From Macrostomum hystrix (taxonomy: Eukaryota; Animalia; Platyhelminthes), in NCBI GenBank assembly GCA_950097015.1, contig CATNEN010000007.1, forward strand, positions 13,268,001 through 13,332,000: a DNA stretch of 64,000 nucleotides, given 5' to 3'. Shown here piece after piece: positions 1 through 12,809 of the stretch. The number at the start of each line of letters is the position of its first letter. Positions within the stretch are counted from its first letter, which is position 1. The translations under genes and the position numbers were made by a program. The notes beneath the pieces were generated by a model. That model made no database searches, was not told the DNA's origin, and saw only the letters and a program-made list of their open reading frames with translations.

Positions 1-910
1 CGCTAAAATGGTGCAAAAACATGGGCTAGCGTGATACAATGAAGTAGGATGTACATCAGGTTCTACGGTCTTGACGGATCCATGAAGATCCTGACGGTCC
101 TGAATTTTCTAATTCTGTCTACTTTGAAGAGCAGTGTAAACTTGTAGTGAGATAAAATGCATTAAATTGAAAGTCATGGTCCTTTTGACCACTCTCCTTT
201 GCCGTAACGTTATAAAAATTGCAATTTTTGGCTTGTACTTAAAATTTTGGATTGATGCCTCTTGAGGTGCTCTGTTCGGCAACCTGGCTTTGAATTTTGT
301 TAGGCGTGATCAGCACCAGCCAAATTTTTTATTTGAGCGGAACTTGCTCTTTGGTGGTAGCCGCATCATATATCGTGAGCATGCATGTAAGCTGTACACG
401 CGCTCTAAATATGAAAATATCTGTAAAATGCTACACATCAACTTATCGCCACAAAAGTTTTCCAATAAAGTCGCCTGCGTATTCGGTTGCAAATCGTATG
501 CTGAGTGGTAAATAACTTGAAATCAGCATTCTTAAGGTTGGACAATATTAAGGAAAGGAATTTGCATCAATAACAATTACTATGATCTTATTGTGTACGA
601 CTGGCTAGAAGTACAATTATATAAAGCAGCAAAGAGTTTGCTAAAAGCGAGCGCAGAGCCGCAGACTAATATTGTTCGGATTCCAAGAACTGAGGGGTGA
701 GCTTGAAAATGCGGATGCCAGATGGCATTGGTATGGGCAGCTTGCTTATTCCTCTTTATCATCCAAGAACGTTGGAAGAACGAAAGGTGGCGCGGTGCGG
801 TGACCGTTCGATGGCTAATATCGGCCATTAGGATTACAATGGTTATTCCTATTGTTAATTCTATATATGATCACACCGTGTCCAGCCCTCCATGTCAACT
901 GGCGGCCGGG

Positions 911-1137
911 TCAAACCGTGTCCATTTCTCCCTGGTAGCTGCGCCTATCAGAGCTTACAGAGCGGGTGCCAGAAGGACCCAGTTGGAGTCGCCTCCTAGA
1001 GCCGCCCTGGTATGCTGACACTCTGGTCATGGAGCTACTGCGGTTTTGCTGCTGCTGTAAGACTCCGGCTTGGTTTGGGGCTGATACCGGTCTGCTGCGG
1101 TGGCTTAGCAAAAGTGCTGCAGTTCCGTCCCTGCCTT
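911..1137 (-). CDS. syd-1: SYD-1/RhoGAP100F-like protein, predicted last coding exon (5/5), ends ...EMDTV*
   Basis: Acceptor tttatctgttgcag|AA is phase 1, matching donor AAG G|GTGAGA at 2759. Open to TGA at 911. No domain homology recognised in this exon. Confidence 0.6.
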
Positions 1138-2759
1138 CTGCAACAGATAAATAAATTGTTGTACACACTGAGGCTCCATAAAATGTCATCTGTCTGAGCC
1201 ACAAGAGCTGCACCTAATTATGTTAATGCGAGTAGCAGTGGAAAGACCACGTATTTCAAATACTGACATTTTTATCGTCTAAAATATTCTACCAATCGCC
1301 ATGAAAATGCATAGCAATGGCAAAATTTTCCGCTCTATCCGATTAAACAACTTCCAGAATCACAAAACACATCGGCAACGTCGAGATATTCCACGATTGT
1401 CGCCGGGGTGTCAGGTGGCAATAATCACCTATATTTTCAATCTTTTTCTGCTCACAACATATCATTATGGAGTCGGCTCCACAATGTCAATCAGTCACAG
1501 GGACCTTTGTTCTCAGTATCCCTGCAGTGACCAGAGTTGCCTTCCTCACCGTCTGCAAGCATCGGCGGCAACCGTCGGGACCTTCAACAAAAGCACCCGA
1601 TTGAAATCTTAAAAGACGGCTGCTTTTGATCAAGTTTCCCAATGGGGGATAGCGTGGACTTTCTTCTGTTAAGAGTAAGTATTACGAGTTACTTACTAGA
1701 AAGCAACTGTATACTCTTTTAGCATCCAAACTCGTATAATTAAAACACAGCGAGAAAGCAAGGATATTGAGCGAGAAACCAAAGCAAACCAGCTTCCTTA
1801 ACATGAAGTTTAGTAAATAAGCTACGCTCAAAAGCCACGTACTTCAGGCACATTCGCCTCGCCAGATTCAACATAAACATTATCCTGCGTATTAAAAAAA
1901 ACACGAGGTCTGCTGGCTAGAAGCTTGTTGGCGGGTCGCTTGCGCAAAAAAGCGAGGCGAAGCGAGAAGCGAGAACGGACCTCTTTTAACCCCATGCTGG
2001 AACTGGGCACAGGGCTAAAAGAGGCCCACGCGCTGGCACCCACCCCGACTAAGGCCCACGGCGCAACCATGCACCCAGCCAAAACACGCACCAACGGCAA
2101 AGTGACAGTGACAACCACCCCGGCCCCCGTCAGCAGCGATTGCCAGCCAATTTACACTTTCCGTCTTTTATTAGCACCACTGACCTGAACTGTGAGAAAT
2201 TAAACAGTCCTCACCCTAGCTTAACCTAACAATTGGGCGTTGTCAGCTTCCTGTAGTCCCAGACTGCTAGCAGTGTACTCTTCAAAATCAAGTTTCTTTC
2301 AACTCGCTCAAAGACAATTACTGTACAATGCGTCTTATCTTTCCCGAACCTTCACAAGGCTTTGTGACAGCCAAAATAGGCCGCATGTTCAATGTCCTTG
2401 AGACGGAGGTTCTCTATGGGTTTCGGAATTCACTACTTCGCTTATGCTGCTGTAAGACCGTGGGTTAAGTTGCAGTGAATAACAAAAAGGAGGCCTCATT
2501 TATTTATATAAATATATTTATTGCCAAAGTTGGGGCGGGTGTAACCACCGTAAACACGCACACGCTGCAGCGCCAACCCCCACCCCAAACAAGCCGCACG
2601 TGCACATCTAAGTGCACGCACACCAACAAGCCAGACTACACTGCTTAAAAGAGCCACTCATTATTTGATAATGATCTATCCTTCTCAGTTCTACTAGTAG
2701 AATCAAAGTCAAGACAGATTGATATACGAGCATATCATCGCAGTACTTTTAGTTCTCAC

Positions 2760-2973
2760 CCTTAGTCTCAGTCCAGATTTCAAGGATATACTTGAGCACG
2801 TCGCTCATTCTGTCAAGTCGAAGGACTTCCGGGTCCATCTGTCTAGCCGCATCCGGGGACGGGAAGAGAAGCAGTGGGCCCAGGCATGCGGCGAGCTGCC
2901 CAGTGGTCATCTTGTTGACGTCCGCCTTCGCGGCCACTCGCTTTAAGTGGTCCAGGAGAGTCAGTAAAGTTTC
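2760..2973 (-). CDS. syd-1: SYD-1/RhoGAP100F-like protein, exon 4/5 (end of RhoGAP domain)
   Basis: cggcag|GAA gives ETLLTLLDHLKRVAAKADVNKMTTGQLAACLGPLLL, the RhoGAP C-terminal helices (HL..V...NKM...LA..GP.L). GTGAG donor at 2759. Confidence 0.9.
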
Positions 2974-3049
2974 CTGCCGGGTATCGGGGGCGAGCTCATT
3001 AGCATATTCATTAGTGCATTCATTCTAGCATTGCTAGTAGAGCCCTTGC

Positions 3050-3687
3050 CCATATGCATCCCAATCCCCAGATTCTGACTCTTCAGATGGCCCAACATAC
3101 GTGCCGAGCTTCAGCAGTAGACCATGGCATGCTGATCGAAATGAATTCTGAAACAGACTGTGTTCAGTAATCCCACACAAATTGAACATATCACCCCTCG
3201 CGTCCTCCTGCACTGATCTGTTTCTTTCTGGATAGAAACCATCGCATCCCTGGTTGCTAGCATTTTCGGATCTCCTCTAAATTGAAGTGGCGAACATGCA
3301 TGATGTGCAATTGTGAGCAGTTTCGAATGAGCTTATAACATCCTACTTCCTCTAGGATGGACAGGAGGAAGAAGTCGAATAAGTCAGAGAGCTTTACTGG
3401 ACTTAATATGAGCTGCTTATTGTCGACAATCTTTGTTGTATCGTGACTTGACTTGAAGTGCGCAGTGTGGGGCTGCACCCCAATTGTTATTGGCGCTGAG
3501 TTTAGGACTGCTTGCTCTCTCCCCGCCTGCTCTGTCTGTCAATGTACGCTTATGCCTAACCGTCTAATCTATTAGCTGATGCTTTACTCGTATCTGCATG
3601 TACATCTATGTGCAATGCCAACTATAATAAATAACAACCTCTCGCCCATTTGCGGCTCAAGTTTGGCTAGCCAGCCACGACACGACA
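3050..3687 (-). mobile_element. Possible degraded LTR-retrotransposon 5' end (LTR-like 3687-3485 plus gag-like remnant) in syd-1 intron 3
   Basis: About 200 bp bounded by TGT...AACA on the minus strand, followed by TTGGGGGTGCAG (PBS-like position). Broken peptides LLSILEEVGCYKLIRN and QSVSEFIS resemble gypsy gag. Weak. Confidence 0.3.
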
Positions 3688-4503
3688 ATCTTTAAATTAA
3701 CAGTTTTTGTTCATTCTCGAGACATTTATAGCTTTTCACGTGCTTTAAAAAATGAGTTGAGGAAAATGCTGCCTTCTACGAGTATTCCTAGAACTCTTCG
3801 TCATGTACTTATCTAAAACCTACATTTTCACTCATTCACTTATCACGCATGACTGCTGAGCTTGAAATGACATGTTTAAATCGCTTTAGTGTCGACTTAG
3901 TTTACATCGAATTAAAAGGATGAAAAAGTTGACGCTATGTTTTTCGGACAGCGGCCACATCATCAACCGAAAAGATCGGCGCCACCGCTCATTTTACGAG
4001 TCTGTTGACAAAAGTGAATTGTCAATCGGCGGACACAGTCTCAAAGAAGCGTCAAAATTGCCCGCTGGTGCAATCGAGTGTATTCTTCCGATTCGTACAA
4101 AAACAAGCAGCGGTCAGCCCATAGTCACTTGGAACTTGGTGACCCTTTTAAAGCCTTCGTCAGCCGAACCAAACCGCCAGTGACAGCTGATCCACCCAAA
4201 GTACGTTGCTTGATTTAAGGGGAAGCGTAAGCGTAGCAACCACAGAAGACGCGTAAAATCTTATGCCATAGGGCACATTCTCGGTTTCAGAGAACTACTG
4301 GTTAGAGGCTGTGAGTTTGTTAGAATTTTGATCGAAAAACACTTTTATAGGACCATTTGGACAGAACGGGCTAGAGTCGAAATTAACCTGTAGCTCATAC
4401 ATCTAGCGACGAGATTCAAGAGACTTTCGTCTACTTAGAGTACATTACGCTCGTATTGTCAAAACAAATCAAGGAATGATAAAAACTAAGAAGATCAACG
4501 TGC

Positions 4504-4664
4504 CTGGTTAGCCGGTGGCAGGCAGTCGAGTATGCTCAGCATGAGCTTGGCGCCACCTTTTGGATCTCCAGGCAGCCGAACTTGAAGAGCATCTAGCATC
4601 ATTCGGTACAAGGCGTTAGTGAAAAGTGGCTCTGGCAGCTCGCACAGAAAGTCCTTCAGAACTC
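4504..4664 (-). CDS. syd-1: SYD-1/RhoGAP100F-like protein, exon 3/5 (RhoGAP core); not in the ORF track
   Basis: acacag|GA gives GVLKDFLCELPEPLFTNALYRMMLDALQVRLPGDPKGGAKLMLSILDCLPPANQ (RhoGAP LK.F.RELPEPL motif). Phase 1 in, phase 0 out through a GC donor. Confidence 0.92.
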
Positions 4665-5066
4665 CTGTGTGATTTCGAATGCGAAATCAAGGTTTAAAAA
4701 TCTACCATAAAAACTATTGATTATGAGTCGACATCGTCTTCAATGCAATGAGGGTTAATTATCAAAAGTCTGAGTTCACAGCCATGGCCTTTGACACAAG
4801 CGACTAAATTCAATAATCCTGGTTGCTTAAACTTTCTAAACCTTGCCTACGAGCGTATTGCGATGGCTCTAGGAGAGAAATGTCAGTCGATCAATGGTCG
4901 TTTCCAATATGCCATAATTTGCAGGGTACTGATATTCCTAGACACCGTGACACTTTCGGTATATCAAGCTGGGTTTTTTGGCCGATTGATAAATAACACT
5001 AGTTTATTTAATGATGTAACTAATCAAACACTAAGTAAACTGTTTGCTTCCAGCAACCATGCTTAC

Positions 5067-6053
5067 CTGTGATAGCATGAATGTCTGCAACCTTTTCAGC
5101 AGATAAATCAACTTCAGCAACGCCCTGGTCCAGGGCCTCGCGAACTGGCTGCTTGTTACGGGAGGAGCCACTTAGCCGGTAGATACCTGCCACCTCTAGC
5201 CCACGCCGCTCAACCTCATCAATGCACTTTCGCACGAGCAGCGGCACAGCACTTTTTTCTCTCCGCGCCAGCAGGTCAAGAGGAACACCGAACACGCTAC
5301 TACGCTGTGCTGGTTGCCGGCAGAAGGTCTCAAGTACTTCGGCGAAAGTCACTTCAAAGTAAAGCTGTCCCTTAGGCTCAAGACTTAGTGCAATCTTCTC
5401 AGACTTGATGTGGCGTTGCCTGAAAGAAGCCAGGAGAGTTGCCAGGTTCATGTTGCCATAGAAGCACAATCGGTGTTTGCTTCGGGTATCCCATTGGTAC
5501 AGCAGAAATCCAAGCCCGCGGGCGCCGCTGCAGAAGATGTCAAACTGTTCATCCCATTCGAAGCAGTCAGTGCTTGTTCGGATCATAGAACGAGCTGCTC
5601 TGGCAGAATCCAGTTCCAGCAGACAGTAGAGATCTCTCAGTAATGACTGGGATGAGTGCAGCCCGACACCGGCAATTACATGGACACGAAGGACACCATC
5701 GGCTGGGGGAAAACCAAGCAGCGCAGGTGACTTTGCACTTCGGTCTGACGGACAGGGTCGGAATTCATGCTTTTTAACCTTTGCAGAGAACCGGGCAAGT
5801 TCCCAGTCCTTAACTCGGAACTTCTGTGCACCTTTTAAGTTAAGCACATCTTCTTTGGTTGTACGAGCAGCGGCCGCCATGACAGGTGTTGGCTGGCTGG
5901 CCTGCGCTGATGACGAGGTCGCAGCGGACAGCCTGACAAGACTCAACGGCAGAGCATGAGCGCCCGCCAACAGAGGATGAGAAATCTCGAAGTGATGTGA
6001 TGCTGCACTCAGGGATTCAGTACTGAGCTGCCTAGCTGAACTCGATGCAAACA

Positions 6054-6094
<41 letters not shown>

Positions 6095-6290
6095 AGTAAA
6101 AACTGCAACTGCTGTTGCTGTGGTAGTATTTGCTGCTGATGCATCAGAGGTCGTCCATATTCGTCTTGCATTAACTGTGGTGGCCACACTGACAACTCTG
6201 AGTTCGCAAATGCCTCAGGCTTCGGAACGGGTGCGAATTCAGGAGGCGGCTCTGCAATGGGTATAATAGTCGACAGTGTTGATAAGGGAA
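5067..6290 (-). CDS. syd-1: SYD-1/RhoGAP100F-like protein, exon 2/5 (polyQ, C2 domain, RhoGAP N-half)
   Basis: ORF 5020-6195 has a C2 domain (GVLRVHVIAG...DLYCLLELD...FEWDEQF) and RhoGAP (VFGVPL...VPLLVRKCIDEVERRGL...GIYRLSGS). Donor G|GTAAG at 5066. Acceptor gactaagaacag at 6291; an in-phase alternative exists at 6252. Confidence 0.93.
6056..6095 (-). repeat. Coding (CAG)n tract encoding polyglutamine
   Basis: ctg run on the plus strand inside exon 2, translating as a poly-Q stretch. Confidence 0.9.
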
Positions 6291-8470
6291 CTGTTCTTAG
6301 TCATTTATATATTGATGGGTTGCGATAGGGGGCCTCGCAGCCAACTCGCGGCTTCTTACCCTTCTTAGGTTAGGTCCTGACAGACAACTTAATTAGCATT
6401 TGCATTTTGGAGAGGACTGCTTTGCAAAAATTGACGTGTTTGTTCGCCAGTTCGACAGCTATTCATTCTACGCATTAGCATTAGGCATTGAAATTTAAAC
6501 GCTAACGTTGCGTAAGCTTTGTAAGCTTTGCAAGCGTTGCGTAAGCTTTCGGTAACTGTAGTGACACCAAAACTGTCTATTTTTAGCGCATTAAAATTTG
6601 TGATTCAACGAAAATTGCTGGTGCAATCACAAGAACCGGGGTAGTCGGTCGACGCGTCGGTCGAGAGCGGTCGACGCGTTTGCCTCACTCCGAACAGCAC
6701 AGGCACAGCGAAAGTGTACACAGCTTGACGATTAGAAAGTCACAGCAGATGTGTACAAACTTGTGTGAGCGTGTGCCTGCGTTCGATATCTGTGTGCGTG
6801 TGTGCTCAGGAGTCAGCGAAATCGGCAGAATTGCCTCCTCACTGGGTACGGGTCTAGTGTCACCAAATGATGTGCCGTTGCCCGCAGCCCTCCTGCAACT
6901 ATTATTATTATTATCACAAGGACCACTGTCACAATAGCCACAGCCGCAACCCAGTAACCACCCGACGACAGCACCAGCTGCAGCAATAACACCCGCGCAC
7001 ACATACGCAAGCACAAGTAGACACAAATAGTATGCATACTGTCCAACCCAACCAAGATCGGCAAAATATGGACTAAGTCAGTGTAGCGGATTTTTGTGGT
7101 TTTTAACTTGCTATTAAAAGAAATTGAGCTGCTGTTCTTCTGCTAAAATATTTGCCTTTCGCTAAATAAACGACTTAGTCAATCTTCTGTGGTATTAAGG
7201 CCTTAAGCTTTAAGCTTTCCCTAAGTTTCTCCTTCTGTTCTAATTTATTCCTCCTTAGGGTGTGCTGATACAAAGCAAGAAAAACTGCCTGATGTCAAAT
7301 GAGCTCTCAGTACATTGCGGCAAAGATCGGAATGCCAGAGAGAAGGTAGCAGCAAGGAGACAGCGGAAAAGTATTCGAGCGTTCACAGGTTAGTATAATT
7401 AACAACTCTGTTTGAGACGATGAGAGCAGCCAGCCTGCAAGCTAGTTCTTAGCCAACATATTATTATAACTACGATTTGGCAATGCATGTGTTGAATCTA
7501 AAATACTCGTATGTTCTTGAATGCTCTAACAATGCTCATAAGTTCCAATAATAACGATTAGTGATTTAGTGATGCAATAATGTGTATTTGAGTTCGAAAG
7601 GGTCTTTTAACTGAATTCAATGCCCCATATGTCCCTACTCCAACTCAGTTCTCAGTATAGCCCACAGCAAGTTTCCTTTAATTTCTCTGGCTTAGGTAAC
7701 GGGCCAGGGAGCAGAAGAGGAAGCAGGCCAAGAATCAGGTGCTTGAAATGCAGGCGAGTCGGGAAACACGTTATTCTTACATTTTTTTCTATTGCAAGAC
7801 TGTCGAGCACTCTGAAGAAGAGAAAACAGGATGAAGTGATGCGGGACTTCTCTTCCGTTCGCTCATTTGCACTTTGCATCGTCGTGGCTAGACCATGTTG
7901 CTGGCTTGGATAGGATGGGAAGCAGTACGGGCTAGGGCTCGTAAACTGGATGGAATGCAGTGAAAAGGTAGGAATGATGAAGGAGTGTAGGGGTAGTGAT
8001 GATACTGGCGATGGGGGTTTGGGATCTTATGTAAACTGCGACAGTATGGTGCCGAGGGCATCTATAGTAATTAATTAATAATGTAGAACAAGGACCAACA
8101 GCAGAGCAAACACGCCAATTTGGGAGACCATCCCCTCCCCAATGCGGTAAAGGGACTACTGGAATTCCCCTCTGGCTCTCATTCCCTGAATTCCTCATAC
8201 AGCCTCCTATTCTATGCTTTCCGTCCTCATCTTATAGAGCCACCTGGCCCTTTACAGAGCCTTTGGCTCACTCTTCCAGGTAAAGCGATTGTAAGCATCT
8301 CGGAAAATCCACTCTTTTAGCGTTTCAGCAACCGGTTCTGGCCGTCCTGCTGGCTGTGCATCTGTAATTCAATTTTAATTTTTTACGCTCTTCCCTTTAC
8401 TACCATCCATCCTACCATCCATCCCTTTCCTACAATTTACAACGTTTTCTCGCATTAAGAGGTATTCGCG

Positions 8471-8570
8471 GCGATTCCCGCGCATAAACTGCGATTCTCT
8501 CGCATTAAATGCAATTCCTTCGCTTTAAATGCGATTCCCTCACATGAACTGCGATTATATTGCATTCAGC
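8471..8570. repeat. Degenerate 20-bp tandem repeat, ~5 copies (gcgattcYcNcgcattaaat-like)
   Basis: Units start at 8471, 8491, 8511, 8531 and 8551. Confidence 0.7.
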
Positions 8571-8856
8571 ATGACCAGTTTTCACTAGTTTCTCGCATTT
8601 TCTTTTTCGATATTTAGTTATGTTCAATCTATTTTTACGCTTAATAATTTTCAGCAAAATTTACATGCTCCCTTTCCCATTCATTGAATTCAGATTAAGA
8701 GCATGCTATGATAATTGAAACATTTTTTAGTTTTTTTCCATCGCTATTAAGAAAATAAATATCTCGTTCTCGTAAAATCTCGCAGTTAAATAAAAATTGG
8801 CAATCTAAATTGTCACAGCTTTTGCAAGGAAAGCCTCAATAAGCTGATGAACTCAC

Positions 8857-10126
8857 CGAACGCAAGCTGCCATGCAGGGGTTCCGAGAGCCACTCTACCT
8901 GGGTGAGCAGCGTAGTAATATTGGTCGGTGGCACGCCAGTAGGTGTCGCTGGGACAATGCTGATGTGTCGGCTGCTGCGGTTGGTAGACTGCGGCTCCAA
9001 GCGACCGCTGGTGTCGAGGCGACCCATACTCGTCTTCCTCACCAGATGAGTACGAGGGTCCTGGTCGGCGTCCGCGACTGCCGTAGATGCGATCAAGCGC
9101 ATGCAGTTCGGAGTCTGAGCAGTATTCCTGCAGAACGTAACCAGGCCGAGATGCCGAAAATCGCTGTTGCAGAGCCGGTGCGTCAGTCAGAGGCTGTGCT
9201 GGTGGGTCACACTGCACGGCTGAGTCGCGGTATTCAACAGACGGCGACAGAGGTAGCCGTCGCTGTCCGAATCGACCCGGTTGGGCAGTGGGAGAGCTGG
9301 CTGTTGAGCTCACCTGCCGTTGCTGAAAGACGGCAGATACTGGGGTCCGAAGTCCGGGTCGAACCATACCGAACTGCATCAGACCAGCCCTTGTCTGCCC
9401 GAACTGCTGTAGGCAGGGTTTTGGGTGTACTTGCACTAAGTGTTGCTCCGGTGCAAAGTGAACAGCACGTTGACCTTCCAGATCTCGTGGGTCCCTAGAA
9501 TTAGCTGAGTTTTCAGAGCTGAGTCCGGAATCATTTGAGTCCTCGCCCGCTTGCTGCTCGAGCTGCAGTCGCCTCAGTTCCAGAGGCCGATGCGCTAGCT
9601 CCTCTGGATGATGTGGCTGACCCAAGTCTGGCCTCCCTCGGCGCTGCATAATCAGTGTAGGAAATTCGTCGTCTTCTTCCTCGGATGTCGATCCGCCAAG
9701 TTCGGCCAATGCAGCCGGAGCGTGAATCACAAACAGTGGTTTGCTGTCCTGCTGCAGTTGCTGCTCCTCCTGCTGATCTAGCTGTTCAATCGATTTTCTG
9801 CGTCTAATGTGCAGTTTGAGAGTCCTAGGAATCGACATCAGGACCACCACATCGTCGATGCCAGAGTTGCGTAGATCTACTCCGTTGACGCCTAGAATTT
9901 CGTCCCCGACTCGAAGCAGCCCCTGCTGGCCAATGTAGCTGGTCTCACTAAGCCTCGATATAAATATGCCAGACGGCTGGTCAATACCTCTGCCTTCTCG
10001 AATGTAGAAGCCTAGGGTCTGGCCTGGTTGTTTTTGGATGTCCACAATGCGCTCTTCGATTGCCTGCTGAAGTAGCTCGGATTTTTCTATTGCCTGCTTT
10101 TCTAGTCCACTGCGTCTACTGGTCAT
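8857..10126 (-). CDS. syd-1: SYD-1/RhoGAP100F-like protein, exon 1/5 (PDZ domain plus low-complexity linker)
   Basis: IVDIQKQPGQTLGFYIREG...GIFISRL...GLLRVGDEILGVNGVD...IDDVVVLMSIPRTL is a SYD-1-type PDZ. In-frame stop just upstream of ATG 10126. Donor G|GTGAGT at 8856. The PDZ-C2-RhoGAP order is that of invertebrate SYD-1. Confidence 0.9.
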
Positions 10127-11856
10127 CGTAAACGTTGACGCGGGTTGACGAGAACTCGGCTAGGCCGCCGGTGGGTGCGGGGGTTGGCAGTCGTCGCAGG
10201 GCAATCCAGTGGTCAGAATCGTTCGGCCAATCAGCATACAGCTTGAGAATCTGAGGAAGATCTGAGGGAATGAGGGTAGAGGGTAGAAGATTCATGCACT
10301 GGAGTAGGAGAGCTGGGGAATGGGATAGGCAGTGGCTGCCGGGATGCCTAGTACTGCATAGGCGCGGGTGTCGGATATTTCTGAGCGGGGCTAGAAAGAG
10401 AAGCTCCAACTCTTGTCCCGACAACCACAGCTCCCTTGCAGGTCCGGAAGGGGTGAGAGTGGGGAAGAAGCGGGCTGGATAGGGAGAAAGAAAATGGGGC
10501 CCGGTACAGCGTCAGACTCAGCCGCCCTTTCCGTCTAACCCATCACTCTTCTCCCGTCAGTTGCGATCCGTCAGTTGCGAAGGATAGAATAGAAGGGAAG
10601 GCGCGGCGCGAGTTGTACGGATTTGAGGGTGCAGAGGAAAGCAGAGGGGAAGGAACTGCGTTTTCCAATTGATCCGAAAGGAGAGACAGGCAGGTCACGG
10701 CTGAGCGGACGGTGAGAGCAAGGCCTGCAGCAATTGGGGAGATTGGCGGCCGCTGGTGCAGCTCTTATGCGGCGTTCGCTGTCAATTCTTTTCTCCCTCC
10801 GACGGTTCTCCAAAAAACCGTACTTTGTACTTGGACTCTTGACTAGAAGCAAATACTGCTACTAACTTTCAGCTTCTTCAGTTTACTTTCATCTTAAAAT
10901 TTGCACACGCGTTTTACGGTGAATGTATTCTAGCTCGTACAAGCCAAGAAGCAAGAAGTGCTCGTAAGAAGCAGAACAAATAGAGAGTGAACGAGTGACG
11001 GTCACACACGTATATGATATATATAAAAGAACGCCGTTAAGGCCAAGTCTATTGTTTTCGCTCATAAACCCCTTCATTCATTGACCATCTTTCTAGTTTC
11101 CCCGACTCTGAGCTCCCTGCCAAAGTCGTGCAAGAATTGGTATACGCTGTCTCTCAAGCGCAAAAAGCACTGCTCGCTTGCAATCTTCGATTAGGAAGTG
11201 GCCGTGTCGAATCTGATTATCTGGACTATTGAGCAGGGTATCTCTTGTCCTTCATCTCCCTATCTAGCCGCAAACTGACCAAAGAGCTGTGCAGCTCTGG
11301 TGATTGATTGGGTGGCAATAGCCCATTATTTTTTCTAGAGAATAGATGTGGTTGATGGACTGAGCAATGAGCGCCACAAACTAGGCAGGAAATTAAGTTT
11401 TTTCCTGTCTGCCCCTCTGCACGCAAAGATAATGCTGAGGATGGGAGCTAACTAAAAGTCGAGATAAGATAAGCCCCTAAAACTCGTATAATCGAGATTT
11501 TTTCATGCACAAACAAATTTCTTCGAATAGTCCTACTTGCAGTACTACATTCAGATTTTTATACACCACTGCCGCCCACATATGCTAAAACACCCACTAG
11601 TTCTAAAAATTTCTATGATCTGTGCTGCCGCCTATCCGCCTAGTCATCACGTTAAGTATAGTTAGATGTGTAAATAAGTGCAAATAACGTTATACTACCT
11701 GTGGTCATCACCTGGGAGTTTGCTGCATAAATGCTTGTGGCCATAAATTGTCTATGTGGTATGCTATGTGTAACTATTCCGTCCCCTGCATGAGTGAGAA
11801 CTAACGGAAGAAAGGTATAATATGCATGGGATGTATTCCTCACTTGCCCGCTCTGT

Positions 11857-11940
11857 GTTATTTTATGTTACGTTACGTTATGTTATTATGTTATTATGCT
11901 ATTTATGTTATTTATGTTATTATGTTATTTATGTTATGCT
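11857..11940. repeat. Imperfect (TTATG)n microsatellite
   Basis: Directly visible. Confidence 0.85.
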
Positions 11941-12809
11941 TAGTGTTTGTGAGCTGTCTATGATAAAAAGTTCCGTTTATCGCCTCGGGCGAGTGAGAAA
12001 TAAATCATTTATTTCCTGGGGCAAATAAATGAAATGCTTTAAGACAGCCTGCGTTGGCGGGGAAGCAGGGAATACTAACTGACTTTGGAGTGAAATCATC
12101 TGTTATTTACTCCAAAAAGCGTTTTGAACTGACTGGAAGGGATATTAGGGGACAGTCATAGCGATGCACTGCGTAACCGATTTCAGGGTAATATAAGCAA
12201 CAATTTTTATATAATCAAAGCAACTATATATAATGTATGATAAAATACTTTTATTTTATATATAATAAAAGCAACAATATATGTTTGAAAAATGTCATTC
12301 GCACATTTTTAAAGGCGCTCTAAAATAAAAAGCTTAATTTTATGCAGATAGAAGGGAGAAGCGTCTCTCGGGAAGAAATCGGTACAGTAGCAGGCTACTG
12401 GATCAGCTCGCAGATCCCTGCCCAGCTTACTCCTTGCACTAGCACAGCATTTTATTAAGGAACGCATTATGCGAAGTAATGGGTGGGCATACTCCGCATA
12501 AATGAAGCCTGACCGCATGTTTACTTCACAGAGAGTCGAAACGGGACGATGCAAGTTACCGTCCCAGCAAATTCATTCACTCCACACCAAGTAAGAATAG
12601 AGTTCTCATGAAAGAAAGTGCATGAAAACGAGTTGCTTCAGCTTACAGGTAGCTAACTAAATTGAATTAACGACTTAATGCGTTGGATTTTTTTCTCAGA
12701 ACTGTTGCAAAACAGGGAAACTATCACTAATGCAAATTTTGTTCGGTCAGGAGTAGTGGAAGTGTTGTCTTATAATTAAAAGATGCAGCCATGGCCACCC
12801 CTAAGCACT

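Noticed and set aside
1700-2660. GC-rich stretches in syd-1 intron 4 as extra exons
   Set aside because: No phase-compatible splice pair with recognisable protein. Probably repeat-derived, but I cannot classify them.
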